64,000 nucleotides of DNA, taken from assembly GCA_026023565.1 (NCBI GenBank), contig JAPETS010000049.1, positions 1 through 64,000 of the forward strand, in the 5' to 3' direction. Origin of the DNA: Cirrosporium novae-zelandiae. Taxonomy: Eukaryota. A model generated the notes under the pieces. The model was not told where the DNA came from. It ran no database searches and was given only the letters and a program-made list of their open reading frames with translations. Below are positions 10,760 through 24,100 of this stretch, piece after piece (position 1 is the stretch's first letter; each line of letters opens with the position of its first letter). Made by a program: the position numbers and the translations under genes.

Positions 10760-12496
10760 ATGGATAATACCATACTGTCCAAACCCTCTGCAGGGACCAC
10801 AGCTAGGGAAATGAACAAGAAATATACCCTGGATGGTATCGACGACGACATCGTTTTTGGGGCCGGTAATGGAGGTGATGATGGCTTCACCAAAAATGAT
10901 CAAAAAGACATGGACCGCATGGGCAAGCAACAGGAGCTCAAGAGAAATTATCGGTCCCTTTCAGCCCTCAGTTTCACCGCCATCTTGCAAGGTACCTGGG
11001 AATTTTTGTTGATTTCGAACACCCAGGGAATGATCGATGGGGGTTTGGCAGGGCTGTTCTGGACTTATGTCTGGACATTTTTTGGATTCGGTATTGTCAT
11101 GCTGTCGCTAGCTGAAATGGCTTCGATGTAAGTTTTGGTTAGGATCTAGTATATATGTTCGCTTCTCACCTATTTGCAGGGCTCCTATATCGGGAGGGCA
11201 GTACCATTGGGTTTCGGAATTTGCACCTCCAAAATACCAGAAGTTTTTGAGTTATATGACGGGTTGGATGTCGACACTATCATGGCAAGCCGGCTCAGCA
11301 TCGGGACCGTACCTCACGGGAACCATCATTCAGGGTCTAATTTCCGTCAACGATCCTAGCTACAACCCTACAGACTGGCAGGGAACCCTGTTCATCTTTT
11401 CGATGGTAATTATAATCTATATTGCCAACATCTGGCTCTCGGATTCCCTGCCGGTGATCCAGAATGTTTTAATGATGGTCCATATCTTTGATTTCTGCGC
11501 CGTCATCATTGTTCTCTGGGTCATGTCTCCAACCGTGACGGCCAAGGCTGTTTTCGTCACCTTTTACAATGGCGGTGGATGGTCATCGATGGCCGTGGCA
11601 CTTATGATTGGTCAAATTTCCGCCATTTACGGCTCCCTCTGTAAGCCTAACTGACTTTTCTCACAAACCATACCATTCTACTAACATCCATAACCACAGG
11701 CTCGGACGCAACCGCGCATATGGCCGAAGAAGTCAAAGATGCAGGCCGTAATGTGCCCCTAGCAATGGTCTGGAGCTACGTTGTCAATGGAATCATGGGC
11801 ATCATCCTACTAATAACGTACCTCTTCTGCATCCAAAACGTCGAAGATGCCATCGACGATCCCTCCGGTTTCCCCTTTATCTACGTCTTTCGCAACGCCG
11901 TCTCCACCGGCGGGGTAAATGTTCTAACGGCCATCCTGCTAGTCCTCGTGACCGCCAGCAACATTTCCTTCAACGCGTCTACATCCCGTCAAACGTTCGC
12001 TTTCGGCCGCGACAGGGGCCTACCTTTTTCAAAATGGGTCGGAAAAGTCCACCCGAAACGCCAGATCCCCGTCAACGCCATCACGCTATCCTGCGGTATC
12101 ACCATCCTCCTCTCCCTCATCAACATCGGCTCCTCGGCCGCCTTCAACGCCATCATCTCCCTCCAGGTCGTCGCCCTCATGTTCACATACGCAATCTCCA
12201 TCTCCTGCGTCCTCTACCGCCGCCTCAAGCACCCCGAACTCCTACCCCAAGCCCGCTGGAGCCTCGGCCGCTGGGGTATTCCCGTCAATGCTTTCGGCCT
12301 ATGTTATGTCACCTTTGCACTATTCTGGTCCGTTTGGCCAAATGAAACACCCGTGGATGCAGAGACTTTTAATTGGAGCGTGGTTATTTTTGCGGTTGTG
12401 GGGATTGTTAGTTTGGTTATGTATTTTGTCCAGGGGAGATCTGTGTATGAGGGACCGGTGATGGATATTTCTGGGAGGGAAGAGGAGGATCTATGA
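10760..12496 (+). CDS. APC-superfamily amino-acid permease (GABA/choline permease-like), 3 exons
   Basis: MGKQQELKRNY, GG.AGLFW, SLAEMASM|APISGGQYHWVSEFAP, GWMSTLSWQAG, HMAEEVKDA and SRQTFAFGRDRGLPFS motifs; many transmembrane segments. Confidence 0.93.
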
Positions 12497-13360
12497 GGGG
12501 GGGGGTTGCGTATGTACTGTACATGTACATATCTCAATCTTTTATAGAAAAAACCAAAGCAAAATCCAACAAGAAAAGCAACGAAAAAGAAATACTAAAA
12601 AACCAACCTTCACGTTCTTCCATTACCCAAACTATCCAATTATCCAATCATACAACCATAACCCCCAATATCAATACCAATATCAGACATCCAACCAGTC
12701 CCCCCACCCGCCCTTGCCCTTATACGCACTCACCCAGCCTACAGTAACTTAAAACTAAGCAATTTCTTTTCTTTTCTTTTCGTTTCCTTTCTTTCAGGCT
12801 ACGGGGTGGTATGGTAGGAAATAGTATGGCAATGTTTAGATTAATCCAAAAAAAAAAAAGTATCGTTGTGTTCTCTTCGTCCTGCTTCTTCTTCTTCTTC
12901 TTCGTTTGTGTTTGTTTGTATTATGTGATATAATATAATATAGCATAGGATTACCTATGAGTGTGACTATATCCCGTATCCCGTATCCAGTATCCAGTAT
13001 CTCGTGTTCTAATATATCGATATATCGATATAGAATGATAATAATAATGACAATGATGATGGGTATACCCCCTATACAAAAGCAGCCAATGCCAAACGCC
13101 CAACAAACCAAACCAAACCAAACAAACAAACTGGTATTGGGACTCCGGGTCCTGGATTCAACGCGCCAACCGAAACCCCCCCCCCCCCCCAAAAACATAC
13201 ACTCAGAATTTCTTGTTTTTCTCTCATAATTTCCATCTCCTTTTCTTATATTCTCCCTTTCCCCCCTGTGTGCGTGTCCCCAGCGCCCGCTCGCTTCAAC
13301 CCAAAAAACAAAACCAAAAACAGAACGAATGCATTATATCCCTTGATTTGTTTCATTTAT

Positions 13361-14942
13361 TTATTTGCTGTGTTCGGAAATAATACTATCGGATAAATGA
13401 GTGGTGGTGGCGGCAGAGGCGCTCCTGAGCTTCCTTGTCTCCGCTTCGCTTTCGATGCTCCAGTCCACCGTCTTTTGGATAATCATTCGCTGGCTGTCGT
13501 TACTGCCGATGCTCTGGCGGTCGTCGTCGTCGTCTTTGGCGTGTCTGTGGCCGTGAGTGTGAATATGACTATGACCGTGACCATGACCGTGGCCGTGGTT
13601 GTGCCCGTGCGTTAGTACATCATCGTGGCTTACAGCCGCCCCGTACATGGCCTGATCGGGACGAAATATCGCTTGTTGTGGAACTGGGGGTTCCTGTTTT
13701 GGTGGCTGCTGCGATGCGGGTCGGTTTCGACTGCGGCGTTTTGCGGCCATGGCGGCAGTGTCGTTTTTGGTGCTGCTAAAGGTGGAGAGGTTGTATCCGT
13801 ATCCGGACATTTTGGCGCTGCGGTTCGGATCTTCGTAGGCTGCCATGAACGGTCGAAGGGACGGGATCGTGTTCGACATGATGCCGTAGCCGAGTTCGAG
13901 CTGAGAGCACACCGTAGCGTAGGTAGCTGCTAAGGTAGTGTCCGTCGAGTACATTTGTTCCTTGTAGTAATAGATGCGAAAAGCGCAGATGATGATGACC
14001 CTAGGAGGTAGTAGTTAATAGTTATTTCGTTGAATATGATGTGGGGGAGGGGGGTTCCACCACACGTACAGTATACGGGAGCCAAAGGCTGCTACAACCA
14101 CGCTTTTCGCTTTCCAAGCCATCTGGAGATCGGCGACAAGATATATTGATATGGCAAAGAGCATGGCTTCGGTGATAATGTTAAGAGCTCCGATTACTTG
14201 CCGGCGCGTCCACTACAAGGACGTTAGTTTTCATCCAAGTTGTTTGAGGCTGCGGGAAGCTGCACTTACCATACTTGCGCATTGCGCTTCGTTCCAATCG
14301 GTCCAAGGATGAGAATTGTGGCACCTAATTGCTACTATTAGGATAGATAAGATAAACCATGCTGTGCATGTCCCGATAATGATATTGATCACTTTGACGT
14401 GGAATGTGCTGGCCGTTAAACGCCTGTAGAAGAGCGCAAAGGATAATTTCGAAAGAAATAGCACCAAGACGAATAGGATGTCAGCTGCATATTCGGCCTA
14501 ATGAATATTAGATGAATCCCTTGGGCCAATGCATGATTATAAAATGGAAAAAGGGTTTTGTTGAATGTTATTCACCTTTTGTAACTTTACCAAATTCTGA
14601 GAAGGAATGTCTTCCAGTGTCTCGCCTAACCCTTTGTCCATGGCATAATATACCACGCCAGATTGAATGAAATAGACAATCTTTAAACTCGATTAGTTTT
14701 GAGATGGAAACATTATTACCATTGGAACTCGGAATATATACCGCTGACATGGTCAGGACGCTGTCGTCAACTCGCCATCGTATTGTGCTCGTTCGTAGAT
14801 ACACCCGAATTCCAAAAGAGAGTAAAACTAAGCAGATGGACATTGAGGTCATGATTGCTATCAAACCACGTCGATCAGTGTCTGTTATCACCTCAAAGGG
14901 TGGCGATACGCCTGATGCGTATGTTGGCGTGGGGTGCGACAT
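13361..14942 (-). CDS. PTH11/SAT4-like (fungal rhodopsin-domain) integral membrane protein, ~5 exons
   Basis: TM segments with R.YLR....W..DD, LSKLSFALFYRRL, LVADLQMAWKAK..VV.AFGSR and ELGYGIMSNTIPSLRPF. Cytoplasmic tail ending with a ...MIIQKTVDWSIE segment. Confidence 0.8.
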
Positions 14943-17931
14943 GGTTGGCAACCTCAAGACTACCCAGCAGAGGGAGTCGAGTGGTGTGCTTTTGTCTCTT
15001 TGCCAATGCGAGGATAAAAATGTTGAAAATGCAAAGGTTGTCCAAGGTGTAAAGATCGGATTGGTGAATATTAATTATCGAAGGAAAATCCAGGATCATG
15101 ATTAGCTAGAGGCATGGCGGAAGCCCCCAGGAGGGTTCTATCTAGAACTGCGAAACATAGAGGAGAATGCTGATATTCAAGGCATAAAAGACCCATTAGC
15201 TTCAGGAAGATTTCCGTTCAGCAACAGGCTATGGAACGTCAATGTGTTTCCGCTTCTGGATTACGGGCTTTATTGTTTGTATCATCACTTTAAGTTGGGA
15301 TGCAGAACTTCCGTATGGGTGTAGAGAACCAGGTGTAACTAGAGTGTAATGCTGAAGCTTGCCATCAATGCCAATTTACTCTGAATGATTCCGACCCAAA
15401 ATCCGGGTCATGCCAACCCACAGAACCCACAGAACCCACACTTGAGGGAGAGCATGATCGACAAGGACTGAAGAGAAAGATCATGAGAGGCCAAGTATAA
15501 ATTAAGCTTGCACCTTTCGGAGCTGGCATGAAGCTGATAAGGCCAGCTCAGGTCCGCCTCTAATAGCTCCCACCGGAGTTACGGCCATATATCTTTTGAG
15601 CCCGTTCCGAAACCTTTTGTTGGTTCCCATAGATGCCGCTGTCAGACCTGGAAACCATGTCATCTGTATTCGGAAGTGAGTAAGTAAGTTATTAGCAGGT
15701 AAAAATGAGTGGATAACTTACCGTGTAAACATGCATTGATGGCATGCATATAGCTCCTATCCCTGAAAAGTGTACTATAGGAATGAGTACGTAGTCATCT
15801 CTCTTCACAATGGCCCTTTTAGGGTAAGTTGTCAGGGTTCAGACCTTTTGGTAGTCGATAAGGTGGAGAGTTGAAATAAACAACCTAATACCGTACGAGA
15901 TGACGAAAAAATACACAATAATACAAAGATAACCAACCATGTTCAAGTTTTGGGGGCCATAATTACTGGATCTGACGACAAAAAAGGTTGATAAATTAAT
16001 AAATTAATTAATTCCGGGGTACCAGGATCAAACAATATCTCAAACTTTACCTTATCCAAAGTCAAATATCCAAGCTTTTCTGGGTTAATGAACAAGGGAT
16101 TTTGTAATATAATAAATCTTTCTTGTATCAGTTCACATCACCATATGTTGTAATTATCAAGGAGATGAATACGAAATACGGAAGGTCGGAGTTTGTTCCA
16201 GAAAGATTAGCCACAACCTACCCAATCAAGGCAAAGGGCTTTCAAGCTTAAGATGCCTAGGTAGATAGATAGCCAGGCGTGATAGGTGAACCTCGGCCGA
16301 TATTATCCCGAACGAGCACTGACTTGAGCTTCCGTTACAAGTCGTCAACTATCATCTCTTCAACTTCTAAAGCCAAGTTGATGAGCCAAGTTGACCAAGC
16401 ACCACCACCATGCAATCAATTATACAACTAAATAGGTATCGAATTCTTACCTACCTATTGATCTATTGATCTATTGATCTTCGCATTTCCCTACTTCATG
16501 GAACCACAACCACAAAAACAATATGCTCGCAAACCTATTTGGTATATCAATCATTACCGTATCGTATCACCCGTTCCGACCCCATGTTTCCTACAAAATA
16601 TAAAGCCCAACCATCCTATCAGCAATCGATACCACGGTACCAAACATATTTATAGGAGAAAATCCTAAACGAACATCACGCATCATACGACGAACGCTCA
16701 AGCCCCCCGTCCCCCCTCTCCACCCCTCAAAATTCCTTGAATTGGCAACCCTTCTTTCCACGCACTCGAATATTTCCCTTTGAAGTAACATGTCCTTTTA
16801 GGTTACATTATCTATCCTAAAAAATCAACACAACATGTTTCAATATATGTGACTATGTACATGTAATACGCACCCTCCAATTTCTAATTCTTTCCACTCC
16901 ACTTTTATATTTATATGCCCAATGTCTGGATAATCAAGCCTCACCGCTCGCTTGCTCGTTCACATCCATATTTTCTTTGGAAATTAGAATTATATTTTGG
17001 ACACTTGGTTGCGGGTTTTGAGCATTAATGAGTGTTGTCATAATGTCATGGAAGATGAATACTAGAGTATGCGTACGTACAGTACAATACCTGAAGCGAT
17101 ATTTATTACTTTGAACCAGCTACACGTGACCATTGTATCGTTGCTTAAGACCCCGGTAGATTATATCATTGAGGTGCGCGCAGATATGGGCACCGAGGCT
17201 TAGGGAAATATAATTGAAGCCTCCAATGCCTATGCTTTCGTGGTAGCGAACCGTCCGGGGGGTAGGAAACCACTTGAGAAGCAAACATGTTCAACCCCTT
17301 TATTAGAATTCCATCTATGTGTGAATCAGGGAGCTTCTTCTTACACATGCTAAGATATCCAGCCCAGCAAAGAAAGAAAAGAAAGAAAGAAAGAAGAACA
17401 TACAAACAGAACAGAACAGAACAGAACAGCTCTGCTCTTCCATATTTAGCAGAGCCCTCCTAAGTCTTCTGAGAATTCTGAATGAGCAAGAAAATAATAG
17501 CATCTGTATTTACCTCGATAATATTTCCAATAAGATTAGGTAGGTACTTGACTGCTCACTCTACCCCCTTTTTTTATGGATTTTGTTGGGAGTAATAGGA
17601 TGGAATTGGGATATGCTGGACTGGTATGTTATTCTAGCTTTTGGATTTGAAGAATGGAATGGAAGGGGTGCGTTTGTTCACTCATCGCTGATTGACTTTA
17701 TAATTTTTTTTAATTTAGTGCTATAAAAAATATCCAAGGATTAACGTAAGTAGCCAAACAAAGATCTAGTTATGGCTGGAATTGTAGCGTAGCAACCTTA
17801 TATAGACGCCAGCACTAATTAATTAGTATCTATCCTAATCCCTAGATACGCCGCCTGTTGCTCTTTTCTTTACCCCCATGTTATTGCCATATGCATTCCA
17901 TTTCATCAATTTCCAGGACAGGTTTGGAATC

Positions 17932-19083
17932 CTAAAACCTCCCCTCTTCGATTTCGTTGATCGGCAGCTCGCTACTACTTGGGCTGCTGGCTCTCCCACT
18001 CTTAGTTGAGTCCCTTTCCCTTAGAGTCATCCTCACCTGTTCCTTGTCTATATCAGTCTGGATAACATCGTGCTCGATGGTGACCTCGGTTGTCTTGAGC
18101 ACGCCTCCAAGTGATTCCAGATGATTCTCATCGGCTAGCTTGTTGAATCCATCATTTGCGCCAGCGTGTGTCGAGTACCCGGATTTGATGTTGCTAGTGA
18201 TGTTACTAGTGACGGTGGTGGTGTTCTTGTGGTAAGAGGTCAGTGGGTATATGTTTCCGCGGCCGCTGTTGGCAATGCCGTCGTGGTCGGAGTCTGCTCG
18301 GGTGACATAGAGGAGTTGGTTCAGGATGCTAAACTCGAGTTTGAGTTTGATGCTATAGACGAGACCCTTGTATGCTGTTTGAATGTCGTAGCGGTTCGCG
18401 TATTCTAGCGCGAGCAGTGTCAGATCCATGAGGATGACGAAGATGTTGACGTAAATTAGGTGGCGCATAACCTCCCGAGTACGCTTCTGCTTGATATTTG
18501 AGGCGGGGGAGAGGATTTTTTTTGTCTCGAAGATGTATACGACGGAGATGGTGGCTTCTTGGATTGTGAAGCCTGTGAGCTGGATTTTCTCCATAATTTG
18601 GTAAGGCCTTATCCATGGGTCCGGGTTGGCCGAGTTGGCACCATATGCGACGATAGTAGTGGGGACTTGGAACAAGAAGAAGCTTGCGATGATCATATAT
18701 AGCACTAGGCGGATTTTGCGTTCGTTCCTACACACGAGGTGGAGTCGTGACCAGAGAACGAAACCTTGGCCCATGACCATGGCGTACCATCCGATGATGA
18801 TTCCGGTCACAGCCAATTCATTTATTTTAATGATTTGGAAGAACTTGAGGAAGAGCGAAGGGGAATAGATGATAATTCCCCACGAGGCAGCCATTAAGCT
18901 CCAGAAATAAGTTCCACCGCGCCTCTTGAAATTTAGAAAAATAATAATGTTGAGTTCAATAGCGTTGTAAATAGCGATGGAAAAGAAAACGGCGAGAGCC
19001 ATGGCAAGAGGACGAGAGACTTCAACCCCACCGGAAACACCATTCGAAGACATCCTGACTAAATAATGCCCGGTGTCAGACAT
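17932..19083 (-). CDS. Integral membrane protein (conserved fungal 7-TM-like family, DUF7703-like), single exon
   Basis: 383-aa ORF with YNAIEL, FKRRGGTYFWSL, VLWSRLHLV, EKIQLTGFTIQE and YSIKLKLEFSILNQL motifs. Confidence 0.85.
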   Translation of the reverse strand: MSDTGHYLVRMSSNGVSGGVEVSRPLAMALAVFFSIAIYNAIELNIIIFLNFKRRGGTYFWSLMAASWGIIIYSPSLFLKFFQIIKINELAVTGIIIGWYAMVMGQGFVLWSRLHLVCRNERKIRLVLYMIIASFFLFQVPTTIVAYGANSANPDPWIRPYQIMEKIQLTGFTIQEATISVVYIFETKKILSPASNIKQKRTREVMRHLIYVNIFVILMDLTLLALEYANRYDIQTAYKGLVYSIKLKLEFSILNQLLYVTRADSDHDGIANSGRGNIYPLTSYHKNTTTVTSNITSNIKSGYSTHAGANDGFNKLADENHLESLGGVLKTTEVTIEHDVIQTDIDKEQVRMTLRERDSTKSGRASSPSSSELPINEIEEGRF

Positions 19084-19794
19084 TTTTCATGTTTTGGTAA
19101 GTCAAAGAGTGGTTAGGTATCAAATGAACATGGGAGAAATAAAAAGTTGGATAAAGAAATATAGTAGCTGATACCATGTTAGTCTTTTTTTTTACCAGAG
19201 GAACGGTGAGAGATATATCAGAAAGTAAAGAAAGTTTGTCCACAGTAGATGCTCCAGATAATTATGAGGAGGTGAACGAGCCACCTGTTTGGGTCCATGC
19301 ATGAGCTTTCAGCTAGGATACAGGAAAGTGGAAAAGTTTGATCATGGCGTGGATGCGACGAAGACCAATATACGGAAGACTCGAAAAAGAATCCTAACTT
19401 TAGCCCAATGTTTTGGGCCAAGAAATACTGTGACAAGTTAGCACAAGGTCTGTGAAGATTGAATCCCGAAGAAGGGAATTGGAGGCCTCCTTCAGCCACC
19501 AATTCCTTGACAATATAACTGCTCAACTATTCATCTTCGACTGATTGTTGAGATTGGATGACACTATGGGCATAGTCAAATGCTTAAGTGGAGGGAGGGG
19601 CTTTTAAGAAGAATAAGACGTGTTAAAGCTTTGATGGCTTTCTTGGGGATTGCTTCGAGGGTTAGACTAGATATTCCATAGATGCATGTATGGACGGTGG
19701 ACGGATGAATGATGGAAAAACATCGGGAGAAGGAATGAGACGCAATGAAGAAAAGATGAAGAATGGAGAATGGGGAATGGAGAATGGGGGATGT

Positions 19795-19854
19795 GGGATG
19801 TGGAGGAGGGTTGGTTAAGGTTGAGGGATGTGGAGGAGGATTGGTTAAGGTTGG
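19795..19854. repeat. 30-bp tandem duplication
   Basis: gggatgtggaggagggttggttaaggttga / gggatgtggaggaggattggttaaggttgg. Confidence 0.85.
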
Positions 19855-21162
19855 GGGAGGAAGGTAAAGTATAACTGCACAACCTTGATGAATATAAAGT
19901 TGCCGCGTAGTCAACTTTCTGACCTGTGTGCCTATTCTTCCCCCGTCAGTCTCTTATTCCTTCTGCTTCTTCTTTGTCTTCTTCGTATTCTTCGTCTGCT
20001 TCCTCTACCAATCATCCCCATCTTACCCCGCACAATGTACCGATTACCTCATATGTATCATTCAGCCCATGTCATTATAACTAGAACCCCCTTCACCCTC
20101 TCCGTCTCTGTACTTTGTACTTGTATAAATCGCACTATTTGCCTTTTGCTTTGTCTTTCATCTGTCGAAGAATTTATCAGGTAACTCTCATGCGTTGGAG
20201 AATCAGCCACCATCGAAATTCAACATATTACCCGAATAGGAAATATAGGAAATATCCCATGACACCAAGTGCCCACCAAACTTACACCAATTTGCTTAGA
20301 TCAGGAACCAAGATGAAACCTTTGAGCTTTAAACACGTCCCTTGGTAAACAGGAATTCCATTCTATCAAGCCTGCATCTGGTTCCCATCTCATCTCGACT
20401 TTTTGACTTTGTCTATTCTCTTTTCATCCTGTTAATTTCACTAATTGTCGAATTACTACCTGCTCCGGAAACCATTCCTCGGCCCGGCTCCGCTAATTCC
20501 CAGGCTCCCCTCAACGTGGCGCTTTAAGGATCATATATAGCTTGAGTCCAATGTCAAGAGGAGGCACAGACGTTCTGGACGGAATATTATTGTGCACAGA
20601 CAGAGGCCTTTGCGCTGCTCTCCCGAACCAATGTCCACAGGAACCTTTTGCATTCATCAGCTTTGTGGCCAGCCGCGAACCCTTCAAAGTTTAACTAAAC
20701 ATCAAAACTTTTAATACCACTATCACTTCTTAACATATCCCCTGACTGCGCCTAACTAGTCATCTCAATACTTTCCTATCATTGTTATCTGTTGCTTGTG
20801 ATTCTCAGGGGCTACTGTTGGGACGGTGTACCTTTCCTCAGTACTGATTTATCATTAAGATCTAGACTGGGTCTCCGTAATTAGCATAACCACCACAGCC
20901 AGGAAGCATCTCATCCCCAAGTTTCAGAACGGTTGATCTTTTTTAAGATAGTCATGGCAGTGCTTCATTCACATGCAGTCTATTAGGCGTCGTAACAAGG
21001 CTTTTAAACCAAATCAATAAAGAACAATAAAGTGGTTGGGGTTGCTATTGTTGCGCATACTGAGTTAATGATTACAAGCCACCATGAGCCTACCCATTTA
21101 CCTACAACCAAGAAGTATGCAAAGAAATGACTATTCGACTCATCCACGTTTCTGCCTTTTCT

Positions 21163-24100
21163 TCACCTATCCTCGCTATCCTCCCCACCGTCCCCATGAA
21201 ATGATGGTGGCGCAACAGGATCACTCGATAATGTCAAGTCAACAATCTGCGTTCCTGTTGGAATTTGTGAAAGTCTCTGCTGACGAGGGAGACTCTCTTC
21301 CGATTTGAGAGCTGGAGACTCTGGGCCTCCACTAAAGCTACTGACTTCGCGTTTAGCTTTTCCGCGAAATCTCGATTTGAAACTTGTTCGTAGACTCGAC
21401 TTCTCTTCGGGCTCTACAGACGTCGTACGCTTAGGTCGCCCTTTCTTTGTTGGTGGAGGTGAAATCTCCTCCATTACTCTGGGAGGCGCGGTGGAAGGGA
21501 ATGGCTTATGAGAATATTCAAATATTTGTTCAATGCTGGGGAATTCGCTATCGGATGATAGCGGATCAGTAGGATACACTGCTCCGTTTGATTTGGTTGT
21601 TGCTTCTGGTGTGGGTTCCGTTGATGTAGCACCATGATTCGCTGCATCTTCAAGCACAATGCCGCCCTGATCATTACTAAAGGGTGGAGGACTGCTGGGG
21701 AAATCCTCCTGCTCGTGATCACCATTGGTTTTCGAAGGCGGTTTAATAGGAGAAAGAGCCGGAAGCTGTGGATATATTATACTTGCAGGCTCCTGTAGAC
21801 TCCCTGCGTTGCCATCATTTTCCGAGAGCACTTCATCGTTTGGGAAGAAGAGAGGTGAATTATGAGTAGGAATTTCATCTTCACCTGCTGCCCCCTTAAC
21901 ATTGACTACCTGCCAGCCAGGTTCAGAATTGGAGGTTGATTTGGCGCTCTGTAGGCTTGGTGAAGCTGGAGAGTCGTGTGGTCCTTCGTCATGTATAGAT
22001 TCGTTAGAAGTGTCCATCTGAAAGGTCTCTAGTCGTGCAACTTTTGAATCGACACTAGAATGCCAATCTGCCTGCTTTATAATATCTGAAATTTTCCGCC
22101 GAGTCGTAGGAGTGACGTCGGGCTTATGTTGAGTTGTTTTAATAGGTCCTGGAGGAACATTTTCTTTCAAACATTCTGTGTTCTCATGATCATGATTTTC
22201 CTGAATTAGGGGTTTTTTGCTGACATTAATTATTGGATTCTGACCATCAACGCTAGTAACCGGTGGAATATTTGAGTCGTTCCCCGAATGTTCATTGATA
22301 TCCTTGTTCTCCGGTGTAGCAGAGATAGGTTGTGGACGCAGATAATCTACCAGGAGCTTAGCCGCGATTAGCTCCTCGAATTCCACTTCACGATAACCAT
22401 CATCAACTTCTTCATCATATCCAGGCATTTCAAACTTAGAGTACACTCTTTCCCCAGTTTCTTCATCGTATTTCTTGCCATTTTGAGTCCTATCTCGTTT
22501 TGCCAACGATATTTCTAGAGTTCCGTTGCCAAACACTTTTATGATAGACGCAGTCCGATAACTAGATATATTTGGCTGCCATCCAGTTTCTTGAGACATG
22601 TCCAACTGCTTGAAAGCAATTACGGCCCCAGGAACCGCATCGGCATGTTTAAGATCAGGTAAGCTTGTCATATCTTCGGGCAAAGGAACCAAATCATCGC
22701 TCTCATCCACTCCCATTGAAGCTTGTCCGGAGTTTTGTGCAATATCATGCATTAGTTGATCTTTAATGGCCCCATCAATGTCTTGGATCTGTGATTGATC
22801 GGCTGTAGTCTGACTTGGCTCGTTGCTTGTACCTGTTAAATGGAGACTGTAGTCAGGGTCTAGAAAGGGACCATCGACCTCTTGTCCATCTGCTAGATTG
22901 TCATCTTCATAATACTGGCTATGATTTCGCTTCTTCTTTTTGCTCTTTCCACCACTTCCTCGGTAATTTGAATAACGGCCATAGCCTTGCTGCTGTGGAT
23001 CCCAACGTTGTTTGAATGGAAATGGTGGAGTGCTAAGTTGGATAGAGTCATGACAGCATTCCACAGCTCTTAGATCAACCTTTCGCTTCCAACTCTCATC
23101 ATTTGGGTCAACCGAATCCTTGTGTGCCGAGTTGACCTCAGGGATATTACTGGCAGATTTTGTTCGTTTCAATAAAGCCTTTGCTTTTTCGGATGAAGCT
23201 TGCCTCAAAGCATCCTCCTCGGCCTTTGTCTTAGGAGTCCTGAGACCAAGGGAACTGAATAGAAGCCGCCTAGAGCTAGTAACATCAAGTTTCTTCCTTT
23301 TCGTTGGAGGTTCTGATGTAGCCTCTACGGCTTCACTCTTATTTCCGTCGCTCATGATTTTATCTGCTGCAGCTTCTGAAATGGAACCTTTTGGAAGTGG
23401 AGAGGACCTTTCTATATTATCCTGAGCCGTTCTTAGGGCTTGTCGTGCTTGACTAGGTGTTTTTTTGGGTGTTTTAGTGGACTTCCCAAGTTTAGAGTTT
23501 ACATCAATACCACCAGAAGCAATTGCTTGCAAGAGCTCTAGCCTCCTAGCTTCGAAATCATCCTTCTTGGGATCACTTCCATTTTTCGTCCCATCCATCT
23601 TGTCATATTGGCTTTGGTTGTCTTTAAGGTCGTGGTTTGACTGGGTTTCGAGGACGGCCACAACAGATTTCTGTGAAGACTTCTGGGATACAGGTCTAGC
23701 ATCCCACGCATGCATATCGTCTAGTGTCGCAGAAGAAGGGAGCAACCCACATTGAATCATACTTGTCAGTCTTTTCTGGGCCATCCGATATTTCTCCTTT
23801 TGTCTTCGACGTATATTACGCTTATGTGTTTTTGATTTCCCCTGTCCAGGCGGAACATGAGACTCCGGTTCTGCCGTCACTTCCTGGTCATGATCTGAAT
23901 CCTTTTTGGATTGAGAGAGGACTTTTTTCGTGGAATGTGTACTTTTGATGGCCTCGGGCCCTGACGAAGAATCATCGTCATCAGAAGACGAAGAGTTAGA
24001 TAAGTTGTCCGAAGATGCTTCTCCAGGTTCTTGCATAGACTCATCCGAGTCCGAGCCCGAGTCCGACTCTAGGTTGGAATCTGAGTTGGACTCGGAATCT

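Noticed and set aside
15100..17900. Long intergenic region with a 9-bp repeat (aacccacag x3), (AGAAC)n and short ORFs
   Set aside because: No tRNA, snRNA, snoRNA or transposon hallmark recognised. Consistent with promoter and UTR sequence.
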